This document shows positions 1 through 9,795 of a stretch of DNA of 64,000 nt, piece by piece. This stretch comes from an uncultured Francisellaceae bacterium (GTDB taxonomy: Bacteria; Pseudomonadota; Gammaproteobacteria; UBA6186; Azoamicaceae): the NCBI GenBank assembly GCA_903907935.1, contig CAIVQA010000053.1:176-64175 (forward strand), written 5' to 3'. The notes beneath the pieces were generated by a model. That model did no database searches. It saw only the letters and a program-made list of their open reading frames with translations, and was not told the DNA's origin. Each line of letters opens with the position of its first letter. The first letter of the stretch is position 1. Both the position numbers and the translations under genes were made by a program.

Positions 1-2469
1 TAAATCTACGGCGGAAATCTTATTTGTTAAGTTTTTTGTAACACCAACTATAACAAGTGCTCTATCATTATGCTCGCACCCTAAAATAATTACTGCTGTT
101 CCTAAATATTGCTTTAATTGATCAATTACTAATTTTAGATACTTAGGATTAACATTTAAATTAGTTACTAAAATATTAGCACCTTGCGGAGATGTTTTAA
201 CTTGAGATCTTAATGTTTCCACTTGCATAAAAATATTTTTTTTCTCGCTAATATCCAAATTTTTTTCTAATTCTTTGTTTAGATGTATTAACTTATCTAT
301 ATGTTGATTAATCAAATTAACATCAGAAATTTTTAATAATTTTAAAGTATCTTGCATAAGGTTTTGAGTATCATTCATATAACATATAACTTGTTCTCCA
401 GTTATAGCTTCAATTCTCCTAGTGCCAGAGGCAATAGCTTCTTCCGTCAAAATTTTAAAACAACCTATATCCCCGCTCTTTGTAACATGAGTACCGCCGC
501 ACAGTTCTATAGAAAAATTTCCAGCTATATTTAACACCCGAACTTCATTTTGGTATTTCTCATCAAACAAATGAATAGCACCCTTAGCTACTGCATCTTT
601 AATAGACATGATTTCTGTTCTGGTCTCCAAATTATCACGAATTTTTTCATTAACTAATTGCTGAATAGCCGCGATTTGGATATTGGTTAATGGTTGAAAA
701 TGTTCAAAATCAAAACGCAATCTTCTATCATCAACTACTGACCCTTTTTGCTTAACATGATTACCTAATATTAAACGTAATGCAGAATGCAACAAATGAG
801 TGGCCGAATGGTTTAATCTAATTTTTTGGCGCCTAGCTATATCTATCTCTGCAGAAACAACACTGCCAACTTCTAACTCACCAACTTCTAATTTACCTAT
901 ATGAATATGGGTATTACCAAGTTTCTGGGTGTCTATTACTAAAAATTTAGAATTGTTCGTACCTAATAAATACCCAGAATCACCAACTTGCCCACCACTT
1001 TCTGCATAAAATGATGTAGTATCTAAAACTATTTTGGCCATTTTACCAAATTCTAGATTAAGAACGGACTGATTAGAGTTATAATCAAAAATTTGTAAAA
1101 TCTTAGCTTCAATTTTAGGTTGTTCATACCCTACAAATTCTGTTTTTACTAAATTCTCTAATTCTAAATTTAAAGTCTGAAATTTATTCAATTGTCTAGC
1201 ACGAGTTTTCTGCTGAAGCATTTCACGTTCAAACCCTACCATATCTAATTCCATAGAATGTTCTCTAGCAACATCACTTGTTAGATCTACTGGAAATCCA
1301 TAAGTATCATACAACTTAAATACTACCTCTCCACTTATAATACTATTAGCTGCTACAGTAATTTCTTGTTGTAATAAAGACATACCGTGCTCTAATGTTT
1401 TAGAAAATTGTTGTTCTTCAGTTAAAAATACTTTTTCTATTTTACTTTTATATTCTTTTAATTCAGGAAAATCTTGCCCCATAACACTAACAAGACTTTT
1501 AATTAATAAATAAAAAAATGGTTGCTTTCTACCTAATTTATAACCATGACGGATTGCTCGACGCATAATACGTCGTAATACATATCCACGCCCTTCATTA
1601 GTTGGTACTATTCCGTCTACCACTAAAAACGTACAAGCTCGTAAATGATCTGCTATAACTCGTAATGATGCATTATTTAAATCGGTAATATTTAATAATT
1701 CTGCTATATCTTTAATTAAATTAACAAATATATCAATTTCATAATTATTATGTACTGATTGCATTACTGCCGCAACTCGCTCTAACCCCATACCAGTATC
1801 TACGCATGGCTTAGGTAACGAAAGAAGCTCACCATCTTTAGTGCGATTATATTGCATAAAAACTAGGTTATAAATTTCTATATATCTATCTCCAGGATCA
1901 CCTAATCCAGGAGGATTCCCTTTAAAATTAGAACCATGATCATAATAAATTTCTGTACAGGGACCACAAGGACCAACATCACCCATAGCCCAGAAATTTT
2001 CATTCTCATCACACCTAGAAAACCTCTTTGGATCTATTTTAATATGCTCTAACCAAATCTTTTCAGATTCAATATCGTCTTCGTATACCGTAACCCATAA
2101 TTTTTCTGGAGAAATTTTTAAATATTTAGTAATGAATTCCCAAGCATAAAAAATTGCTTCTTTTTTAAAATAATCGCCAAAACTAAAGTTACCCAACATT
2201 TCAAAAAAAGTATGGTGCCTGGAAGTAAATCCTACATTTTCTAAATCATTATGTTTACCACCAGCTCTTAAACACTTTTGACAACTGGTAGCACGTTTAT
2301 AGTCTACTGATTCTTGACCTAAAAATATTTTTTTAAATTGTACCATTCCTGCACTAGTAAATAATAAACTAGGATCATCTTTTGGTACCAAAGAAGAACT
2401 GGGCACAATAATGTGCCCTCTGTTATTAAAATATTCTAAAAATAACTGTCGAATCTCGCTTGTATTCAT
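1..2469 (-). CDS. alaS: alanine--tRNA ligase (C-terminal end runs off the window)
   Basis: Unterminated minus-strand frame from ATG 2469, so absent from the ORF track. My translation starts [46 protein letters not shown] and contains [18 protein letters not shown], both typical AlaRS motifs. The ATG overlaps the recA stop (ATGA). Confidence 0.92.
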   Translation of the reverse strand, partial: MNTSEIRQLFLEYFNNRGHIIVPSSSLVPKDDPSLLFTSAGMVQFKKIFLGQESVDYKRATSCQKCLRAGGKHNDLENVGFTSRHHTFFEMLGNFSFGDYFKKEAIFYAWEFITKYLKISPEKLWVTVYEDDIESEKIWLEHIKIDPKRFSRCDENENFWAMGDVGPCGPCTEIYYDHGSNFKGNPPGLGDPGDRYIEIYNLVFMQYNRTKDGELLSLPKPCVDTGMGLERVAAVMQSVHNNYEIDIFVNLIKDIAELLNITDLNNASLRVIADHLRACTFLVVDGIVPTNEGRGYVLRRIMRRAIRHGYKLGRKQPFFYLLIKSLVSVMGQDFPELKEYKSKIEKVFLTEEQQFSKTLEHGMSLLQQEITVAANSIISGEVVFKLYDTYGFPVDLTSDVAREHSMELDMVGFEREMLQQKTRARQLNKFQTLNLELENLVKTEFVGYEQPKIEAKILQIFDYNSNQSVLNLEFGKMAKIVLDTTSFYAESGGQVGDSGYLLGTNNSKFLVIDTQKLGNTHIHIGKLEVGELEVGSVVSAEIDIARRQKIRLNHSATHLLHSALRLILGNHVKQKGSVVDDRRLRFDFEHFQPLTNIQIAAIQQLVNEKIRDNLETRTEIMSIKDAVAKGAIHLFDEKYQNEVRVLNIAGNFSIELCGGTHVTKSGDIGCFKILTEEAIASGTRRIEAITGEQVICYMNDTQNLMQDTLKLLKISDVNLINQHIDKLIHLNKELEKNLDISEKKNIFMQVETLRSQVKTSPQGANILVTNLNVNPKYLKLVIDQLKQYLGTAVIILGCEHNDRALVIVGVTKNLTNKISAVDL

Positions 2470-3587
2470 ATCAACTCTTCTACTTCCTCTTGTTCTTCTA
2501 CAGCTTCCTCAATAGGATTACCAATATTTTGTAAATATTTTTGCATGTTAGAATTGGTTAATGTTTGTTCTTTAATTTTTTGTTCTAATTCTTCTGCAAT
2601 ATTAGTATTAGATCTTAAAAAAGCTCTTACATTTTCTTTACCTTGGCCAATTTTATTACCGGCATAACTGTACCATGCCCCAGATTTTTCAATTAATCCT
2701 AACTTAACCGAATACTCTATTATCTCACCAACTCTACAAATACCAGTGCCATAAAAAATTTCAAACTCTACTTGTTTAAATGGAGGTGCAACTTTATTTT
2801 TAACTACCTTAACTCTAGTTTCGCTACCAATAACTTCAGATTCATCGGTAGTTTTTTTAGATGTGGATTTATTAATAACATTAGTAGGACCTTTTATAGA
2901 ACCAATTCGTCTAATATCTAACCGTACTGAAGAATAAAATTTTAATGCATTACCACCAGTTGTAGTTTCTGGATTACCAAAAACCACACCAATTTTCATG
3001 CGAATTTGATTAATAAAGATTACTAAAGTGTTGGTACGTTTAATATTTGCTGTCAATTTACGTAATGCTTGAGACATCAACCTTGCTTGTAACCCCATAT
3101 GTTGTTCACCCATTTCGCCTTCAATTTCTGCCCTTGGGGTTAAAGCTGCTACAGAATCAATTACTATTACATCAACTGAACCAGAACGCACTAACATATC
3201 GGTAATTTCTAAAGCTTGTTCACCAGTATCTGGCTGAGACACTAATAATTCATCAACCTTTACTGATAATTTTTCTGCATAAGATGGATCCAACGCATGT
3301 TCTGCATCTACAAATGCCGCAACTCCACCCTGACGTTGACATTCAGCAATCACTTGCAACGACAAAGTAGTTTTACCAGATGATTCTGGGCCAAAAATTT
3401 CTACTATTCGGCCTTTAGGTAAACCACCTATACCAAGTGCTAGATCTAAACCTAACGAACCAGTAGAAATAGCCTCTATATCACCTACTGCTGGGCTATT
3501 CCCCATTAACATCACTGAACCTTTACCAAATTGTTTTTCAATTTGAGTTAATGCAGCATTAAGCGCTTTTTGTTTATTTTGATCCAT
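2466..3587 (-). CDS. recA: recombinase RecA
   Basis: 373-aa ORF with Walker [37 protein letters not shown] and an acidic C-terminal tail. Colinear with E. coli RecA except for a roughly 14-aa insertion ([14 protein letters not shown]). Confidence 0.97.
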   Translation of the reverse strand: MDQNKQKALNAALTQIEKQFGKGSVMLMGNSPAVGDIEAISTGSLGLDLALGIGGLPKGRIVEIFGPESSGKTTLSLQVIAECQRQGGVAAFVDAEHALDPSYAEKLSVKVDELLVSQPDTGEQALEITDMLVRSGSVDVIVIDSVAALTPRAEIEGEMGEQHMGLQARLMSQALRKLTANIKRTNTLVIFINQIRMKIGVVFGNPETTTGGNALKFYSSVRLDIRRIGSIKGPTNVINKSTSKKTTDESEVIGSETRVKVVKNKVAPPFKQVEFEIFYGTGICRVGEIIEYSVKLGLIEKSGAWYSYAGNKIGQGKENVRAFLRSNTNIAEELEQKIKEQTLTNSNMQKYLQNIGNPIEEAVEEQEEVEELI

Positions 3588-3773
3588 AAGGTTCTCCCCC
3601 CAATTAATTAAGCTTTACTTGAATCAACATATAAATACCAATGAGTAGAAGAATGCAAGATATTTTTTACTAGGGATTTATTATATAAATTTGCTAAATA
3701 TTTGGGGTAAGATAAAGTTTGTATAATTGATTATAAAGTAGCTAGAAATGATATAGATAAGTTAATTAATTAT

Positions 3774-4247
3774 TTATTTACGCAAAGTTAACATACTTAA
3801 TAATTTTTCTAATCTAACAAAAATTTCTCTATACTCTTCAGGACCAATACCCTGAATAACACTATTTTGAGCTTCTTGCCATAGAGGTACACAGGTTTGC
3901 ACCAATGCTTTGCCTTTTTCAGTCAAAGTATAGGCTTTAGATCTTTTGTCCATGGTCTGTACGGTCATAATTAATTCCATATTAGCTAATGGTTTTAAAT
4001 TACGTGTCAGGGTAGTTCTATCCATAACCAAGCTTTCAGCTATATCTGTCAAAGTTTTAGCAGAAGTCGAAGCTAGGGCTATTAATAATGTAAATTGCGT
4101 AGATCTTATCCCAGATGATTCTAAATAACGATCATAGTACTGAGTAACTGCCCTCATAACCTTACGCATATTAAAACAACAACACTGTTTATTGACATAT
4201 TCATATGAATGGTTGTGTGTTGCGTGAAGTATATTATTTTGCTCCAT
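3774..4247 (-). CDS. MarR-family transcriptional regulator
   Basis: 157-aa ORF with a winged-helix MarR pattern (TQFTLLIALAS..LTDIAESLVMDRTTLTRNLKPL..DKRSKAYTLTEKG). The true start may be an internal Met. Confidence 0.75.
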   Translation of the reverse strand: MEQNNILHATHNHSYEYVNKQCCCFNMRKVMRAVTQYYDRYLESSGIRSTQFTLLIALASTSAKTLTDIAESLVMDRTTLTRNLKPLANMELIMTVQTMDKRSKAYTLTEKGKALVQTCVPLWQEAQNSVIQGIGPEEYREIFVRLEKLLSMLTLRK

Positions 4248-4348
4248 GTAAGTTTACCCCCTAACAAAGAGTGTAGTATTTAGCATAGATGAATTGCAAG
4301 TTATAACTAAAAATTTTTATAAAAATTTTTCTAAAGTTTTCTCAAATC

Positions 4349-4903
4349 ATGCTACAATTAGCTCCCATGAGTTTATTGGCTGATTTTTTTCCAATATTTG
4401 TATTTTTTTGCGCCTTTAAGTTAAAGGGGTTAATGATAGCTACTATAGCTGCTATAGTAGTATCGTTTATTCAATTAGTTATAGTAAAAATTCGCACCAA
4501 AAAATTTCAGCACCTCCAAGTAATCTCCTTTTTAAGCCTATTAATTTTGGGTGGTTTCGCCTTAATTTGTAACAAGGAAATTTTTATAAAATGGAAACCA
4601 ACAGCAATCTACTGGCTATTAGCAATAATTTTTTTAGGCTCCCACCTCTTCAGTAAGCAACCATTGCTAGAAAAACTTAGCAACAAAACCCTACAGTTAC
4701 CTAAAAATGTTTGGACTAAGCTGAATATAATGTGGATCATATTTTTTATATTTATGGGGATTTTAAATTTATATGTAGTATATTACTTCGATACTAATAC
4801 TTGGGTAAATTTTAAATTATTTGGAACCCTAGGCCTAACAACAATATTCATTGTATTCCAAGCAGTTTTTTTATCTAAATATCTACGCACTGAGAAAGAA
4901 TAA
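4349..4903 (+). CDS. yciB: intracellular septation protein A (YciB/IspZ family)
   Basis: Polytopic membrane ORF colinear with E. coli YciB (FFPIFVFF, FIKWKPTAIYW, PKNVWTKLN, TWVNFKLFG). The start may be ATG 4367. Confidence 0.85.
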   Translation: MLQLAPMSLLADFFPIFVFFCAFKLKGLMIATIAAIVVSFIQLVIVKIRTKKFQHLQVISFLSLLILGGFALICNKEIFIKWKPTAIYWLLAIIFLGSHLFSKQPLLEKLSNKTLQLPKNVWTKLNIMWIIFFIFMGILNLYVVYYFDTNTWVNFKLFGTLGLTTIFIVFQAVFLSKYLRTEKE

Positions 4904-4920
4904 TTTATAATTAAATAATT

Positions 4921-6202
4921 ATGATGTTTTTTACTGTACTAATATTAGCCATTTTAAGTGGCGCAGAAATTGATTTATTTACACCCAGTTTCCCTGAATT
5001 ACAAACCATTTTCAACCTATCACCATTCATGGTGGAGTGGCGCAGAAATTGATTTATTTACACCCAGTTTCCCTGAATTACAAACCATTTTCAACCTATC
5101 ACCATTCATGGTGGAGTTATTATTAAGCATAAACCTTATTGCCCATTGTATAAGTTCATTAATAGTTGGTAATTTAGGTGATCGCTATGGTAGAAAAAAT
5201 ATTATTATCCTTGGTTTAATAATATTTATTATTGGAAGCTTACTTTGTGTGTTCGCACTTAACTATTGGTATTTATTATTAGGTAGAGTGCTACAAGGAA
5301 TAGGTATAGCAGGACCTTCTGTTCTTGATTTTTTAGTTATTACTGATAACTATCCGCCAGAACAACAACAACACAAAATCGGATTACTAAATGGTTTTGC
5401 TACCTTATCAGTGGCTCTAGCGCCTGTTATTGGAAGCTACATTAGCCTTTTTTTTAAATGGCAGGGTAATTTTGTTACACTGTTGCTATTAGGTATTTTT
5501 TGTTTAATTTTAGCAATAAAATTTTTACCTCAAAGTAAAATCAACCATGCTGTTAAATTTTCTATAAAAGAATATTGGCCAATTTTTAATTCTAAAATAG
5601 TAATTTATTCTATTATAACTATTTGCTTTATAACTCAAAGTTACTGGATTTTCGTTGGTATGGCGCCAATTTTATATATGGAAGCATTTGATGTAAGTTT
5701 AAAACACTTTGGATTTTATCAAGGTTCTTTATGCCTATTATTTGCTATTGTAAGTCTATCTAGTGGTTATCTAATAAAAAAATTTGGTACAAAAAATTGT
5801 CTTATATTTGGGCTTGTATTATTAATAATGTTTACTATAGCTACTTTTATATTAATGGTTTTAAAGATAAACAATCCAATTATAATTACTTTAGTTTTAC
5901 AGTTAGAAGCTATTGGAGTGGTATTTCCAATCAATATCTTATGGCCGATTTCTATAAATGCAGTGCCAGGCGGTAAAGCTAGAGTAACTGCAGTTTTAAC
6001 TACCAGTCGACTAATTTTAACTTCAATTGGATTGCAACTAGTGAGCTTTATCTATAAAGAAGTATTTTTTCATATTGGTTTAGTAATGGCCTTAAGTTTA
6101 ATTGTAGGATTAATAGCGTGCTATAGATTGCTCAAAATAATTCCATGGATTGCAACGCCTAAAATTCTTGGGATTACTGCTACTCAAAATTTGGAATGCT
6201 AA
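4921..6202 (+). pseudogene. MFS drug-efflux transporter (Bcr/CflA-like) frameshifted by a 79-bp tandem duplication
   Basis: ATG 4921 encodes MMFFTVLILAILSGAEIDLFTPSFPELQTIFNLSPFMVE, then runs into the second repeat copy out of frame (WRRN-stop at 5050..5052). The remainder (GNLGDRYGRKN, about 12 TMS) is only in frame from copy 2, which is the track ORF 4958..6202 starting at GTG. Confidence 0.65.
4957..5114 (+). repeat. perfect 79-bp tandem duplication (2 copies) inside the MFS gene
   Basis: 4957..5035 and 5036..5114 are identical by direct reading (AGTGGCGCAGAAATTGATTTATTTACACCC...CATTCATGGTGG). A 3-nt microhomology AGT lies at the junctions. 79 is not a multiple of 3. Confidence 0.95.
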
Positions 6203-6261
6203 AGCGCATTAAAAAAAAAACTATCAAGTAAAGACTAATGAAGATCAAACTTAAGTTATAA

Positions 6262-7239
6262 TTACTGTTTTTTTTGTAAATTTTCTAATTCTTCTGTAGT
6301 TAAACCAGTAGTTCGCATAATAAGATCTTTACTAAGGCCTTCTTTAAGTAAATTACGAGCCACTTGTTCATAGCCACGAATTTTTCCGAGTTGTATACCA
6401 CGTTGTTCTCCGCGTTGTTCTAATTGTTGAGCTATAGTAGCCATAATTTTATGCTCCTTAATTATAGAAATATTTTCTAATGCCTGATTAAATACACCAA
6501 AGTTATCTATATTAGCTATGTTTATTATATAATATATAGTATTTTCGATATAATCCATAATCATACAATAATTTTGTGAGCTAAAATCTAACATGTTAGT
6601 TATAATTTCAGTTAAATTTTGCAAATTTAGTAAGAAATTTCGATCTCTGATATGTTTTTGAACGAGCTCTAGTAAACCTATTAATTTATGTTGCTTTATC
6701 TCATAATCAGAAATTTGAGTAACATCGATCAAATGAAATGGTTGGCAAAATATTTGTTTAGCTAATTCTTTGTTATCAAACAAATCAAATAGATCTGTAG
6801 AATACGGATACGGGCTTTTTTCTCCATGATAAAATAAAAGACTTAAAATTATTGGTAATTTTTGTGGTTTTTTATTATTATCAGATTCAATAGTTTGTTT
6901 TAAGTGTTTTTCCATAAGCAACACTCGATATTTTAATAATCTAAAAGCCATTACTGGATCATCTATAGATTGATGTTCTATTAATAGTGTTATATAGCCA
7001 TACTCATCTTGAATTTTTACTTTATAAACTAAATCAGCAATTTTTTCTTGTAGTTCTTCTTCTATAAAAGAATCAGGGTATAATTCTAGTGAGTTTAAAT
7101 CTACTTTAGTTAAAATTTCTGTTGGTAAATGCGTTGTTAAAAAATCTTTCGCTATAGCTACATTAGTTAAGTTTTGCCGAAAAAACCGATCATGCGGTTT
7201 GTGTAGTTTAGAGTTTTTATGTGATTTAATTTTGTTCAT
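6262..7239 (-). CDS. Rpn-family recombination-promoting nuclease / putative transposase (PD-(D/E)XK, YhgA-like)
   Basis: 325-aa ORF with N-terminal PHDRFFRQ, DLVYKVK..GYITLLIEHQSIDDPVMAFRLLKY, LPIILSLLFYHGEKSPYPYS and the typical C-terminal ATIAQQLEQRGEQRG..GL repeat region. Confidence 0.85.
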   Translation of the reverse strand: MNKIKSHKNSKLHKPHDRFFRQNLTNVAIAKDFLTTHLPTEILTKVDLNSLELYPDSFIEEELQEKIADLVYKVKIQDEYGYITLLIEHQSIDDPVMAFRLLKYRVLLMEKHLKQTIESDNNKKPQKLPIILSLLFYHGEKSPYPYSTDLFDLFDNKELAKQIFCQPFHLIDVTQISDYEIKQHKLIGLLELVQKHIRDRNFLLNLQNLTEIITNMLDFSSQNYCMIMDYIENTIYYIINIANIDNFGVFNQALENISIIKEHKIMATIAQQLEQRGEQRGIQLGKIRGYEQVARNLLKEGLSKDLIMRTTGLTTEELENLQKKQ

Positions 7240-7410
7240 TACATCAGAAAATTTTTAAATTAATGTTGGTGTAATAATTTACACTAGTATTAGTGTAGCG
7301 TTGACTTGGTTTGATTTGATAGTTATTATTTATACTACTAAAAATTATGAGGGCAAAATGAAAAAAAGTTAATCTTGACTAAATCAACAGATCCTGCAGT
7401 ATTTAGAAAT

Positions 7411-8673
7411 TTAAGGTAGCATTTTTTCTGATTTAAATAATTCTGTTATTTTTTCCCGCGCTCTAACCACATAAAACCGATCGCCATCTACCATAACTTC
7501 AGCAGCTCGAGGACGACTGTTATAATTAGAACTCATGCTAAAACCATAGGCACCAGTTGAACACACCATTAATAAATCATTAACTTCTATAGCTAAAGAA
7601 CGAGCTTTTCCTAAAAAATCTGATGTTTCACAAACTGGTCCTACAATATCATAAATTTTTGATTCAACATTATTATTAACATGATTTAAAGAAATAATAT
7701 TATGCCATGCTCCATATAATGCTGGTCTTAATAAATCATTCATAGCAGCATCAACAATAGCAAAATATTTGGAGTTTGGAATAGAGCCTTGTTGTTTAAT
7801 ATACTCTACTTTTGTTAATAACACTCCAGCATTTGCAACAAGGGATCGACCTGGTTCTATGTTAATAACTAAATTAGTTGATTTTAATTTAAGTAATAAA
7901 GCACTAACATATTCTTCTGGTGTTGGCACAATCTCATCACGATAACATACCCCTAAACCACCACCTACGTTAATATGTTCTATTTTAATATTTATGGTAT
8001 TTAATTCTTTAATTAATTCTAAAATTTTATCAATTGCCGTTAAAATTGGGGCTAGAGACGTCATCTGAGAACCAATATGAAAAGCAATCCCTTTAATTTT
8101 GATCCCAGGAAGTTTATTAGATAATTCATACAATGCCTTAGCTTTTATGCTACTAACCCCAAATTTATTTTCTTTAAGACCAGTAGAAATATAGGGATGA
8201 CTATTAGGATCAACATCTGGATTAACACGAATAGCAATATTGGCCTTTTTTCCTAAAGTAATGGCTATTTTATTTATACGCAACAATTCTTCCTCTGATT
8301 CTATATTAATACAACCAACTCCAACTTGTAGCGCTCTTAGTAATTCTTTGCTAGTCTTTCCTGCCCCAGAAAAGACAATTTTTAGAGGTTTACCACCAGA
8401 TTCTAGTACCCTCTCTAATTCCCCTAATGACACAATATCAAATCCAGAATCAACCTTAGCAAAAACATTTAAAATCGCAAGGTTGCTGTTAGCTTTAACC
8501 GCATAATTAATTTGATGAGGATAATCGTTAAACGTTTTATTAAAACTATTCCAACCATTAGTAAGAGCTGCTCTAGAATACACATAACAAGGGGTCCCAA
8601 CTTTTTTAGCAATAATTTTTAAGGGAGCTTTTTCAATAAACCACTCATTGTTATTAAGTCGAAAATAATCCAT
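7411..8673 (-). CDS. lysA: diaminopimelate decarboxylase
   Basis: 420-aa ORF: YAVKANSNLAILN (PLP lysine), HIGSQ, GGGLGV, EPGRSLVANAG, CETSD, SSNYNSRPR. Confidence 0.95.
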   Translation of the reverse strand: MDYFRLNNNEWFIEKAPLKIIAKKVGTPCYVYSRAALTNGWNSFNKTFNDYPHQINYAVKANSNLAILNVFAKVDSGFDIVSLGELERVLESGGKPLKIVFSGAGKTSKELLRALQVGVGCINIESEEELLRINKIAITLGKKANIAIRVNPDVDPNSHPYISTGLKENKFGVSSIKAKALYELSNKLPGIKIKGIAFHIGSQMTSLAPILTAIDKILELIKELNTINIKIEHINVGGGLGVCYRDEIVPTPEEYVSALLLKLKSTNLVINIEPGRSLVANAGVLLTKVEYIKQQGSIPNSKYFAIVDAAMNDLLRPALYGAWHNIISLNHVNNNVESKIYDIVGPVCETSDFLGKARSLAIEVNDLLMVCSTGAYGFSMSSNYNSRPRAAEVMVDGDRFYVVRAREKITELFKSEKMLP

Positions 8674-8721
8674 ACTAAACCTTTAATGTTGCATTTAATT
8701 AGTTAAATTTCTATATTATAT

Positions 8722-9795
8722 ATGATTATGCTAAAAATTTTATCAAAACTATTAAAAATATATAATTCACACAAAAAACTTACCTATATTATTAGCACAT
8801 TATTAATTATTTCAATAATTTATGGTGTGTTTTTTTATAATAAAAATACTAACGTTCCAGAAATTAAAGTCGTAGAAGTAAAGCCAGCCACTTTTGGCTC
8901 TATAAAACAAAGTATTCGTTTAATAGGGACCATTAAAGCTAAAAAATCTACAATTTTTACAGCTAAAGATACCGGTATAGTAGAAAAAATTATAGATTCC
9001 GGGCAAAAAGCCAATAAAGGAGATTTGGTTGTTAAGTTAGAAAATGCGGATCTAGAACGTTCTTATCAACTTTCCGAAGATGCTGCCAAAGTTGCTAGAG
9101 AACAATATGAACGGCATATAATTGCAGCTAACTCTAATATAATAAGTAAAAAAGAGCTAGATAAAGTTAAGGAACAATGGATCACTGCTCAAAAAAATCT
9201 TACTGATACTAAATTAAAATTAGATCAAACTAAATTTATAGCACCATTTGCCGGTATTGTGGGCATGTATAAAATTCGCGAAGGCACCCAAGTTGCCCAG
9301 GGCGAACAAATAGTTGCATTTTTTGACCCCAACGAACTCGTAGTGGAATTCGATATACCAGCTACCGTTCTTAATCAAATTCATGACGGCCAAAGTGTAA
9401 TTATCGGAAATAAACATTTACATATAAACCATATTCAAAAAATGGTTGACCCAGACACCAATATGTCCCCTGCTGTTGTTGATTACCATTATGAAAATTG
9501 CTTTATGGGAGAAAATATTGATGTCGATTTAATAATTGCCGAAAAAGATAATACTTTAATCGTACCAACTAGCGCAGTATTTTTAAAAAATGGTATACCT
9601 GCAGTATACGTAGTCGAAGATAATAAAGCTATTTTAAAACCAATAACTACTGGCTTACAAGAAAAACAACAAATAGAAATTACCGAAGGAATTAAAGAAA
9701 ACGATTTAATTATAATTAATGGACAAGCACGCTTATACCCGTTTGCTAAAGTTAAAATTTTTCAAGAAAAACCTCCGCCAGCTAATAATCCATGA
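8722..9795 (+). CDS. RND efflux periplasmic adaptor (membrane fusion protein)
   Basis: 357-aa ORF with an N-terminal TM segment, a coiled-coil hairpin and barrel-sandwich motifs (FIAPFAGIVG). Its stop overlaps the downstream RND permease start (ATGA at 9792). Confidence 0.85.
   Translation: MIMLKILSKLLKIYNSHKKLTYIISTLLIISIIYGVFFYNKNTNVPEIKVVEVKPATFGSIKQSIRLIGTIKAKKSTIFTAKDTGIVEKIIDSGQKANKGDLVVKLENADLERSYQLSEDAAKVAREQYERHIIAANSNIISKKELDKVKEQWITAQKNLTDTKLKLDQTKFIAPFAGIVGMYKIREGTQVAQGEQIVAFFDPNELVVEFDIPATVLNQIHDGQSVIIGNKHLHINHIQKMVDPDTNMSPAVVDYHYENCFMGENIDVDLIIAEKDNTLIVPTSAVFLKNGIPAVYVVEDNKAILKPITTGLQEKQQIEITEGIKENDLIIINGQARLYPFAKVKIFQEKPPPANNP

Noticed and set aside
3588-3773. Searched for a LexA/SOS box upstream of recA
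   Set aside because: No CTGT-N8-ACAG-like palindrome is present. I report it only as an absence.
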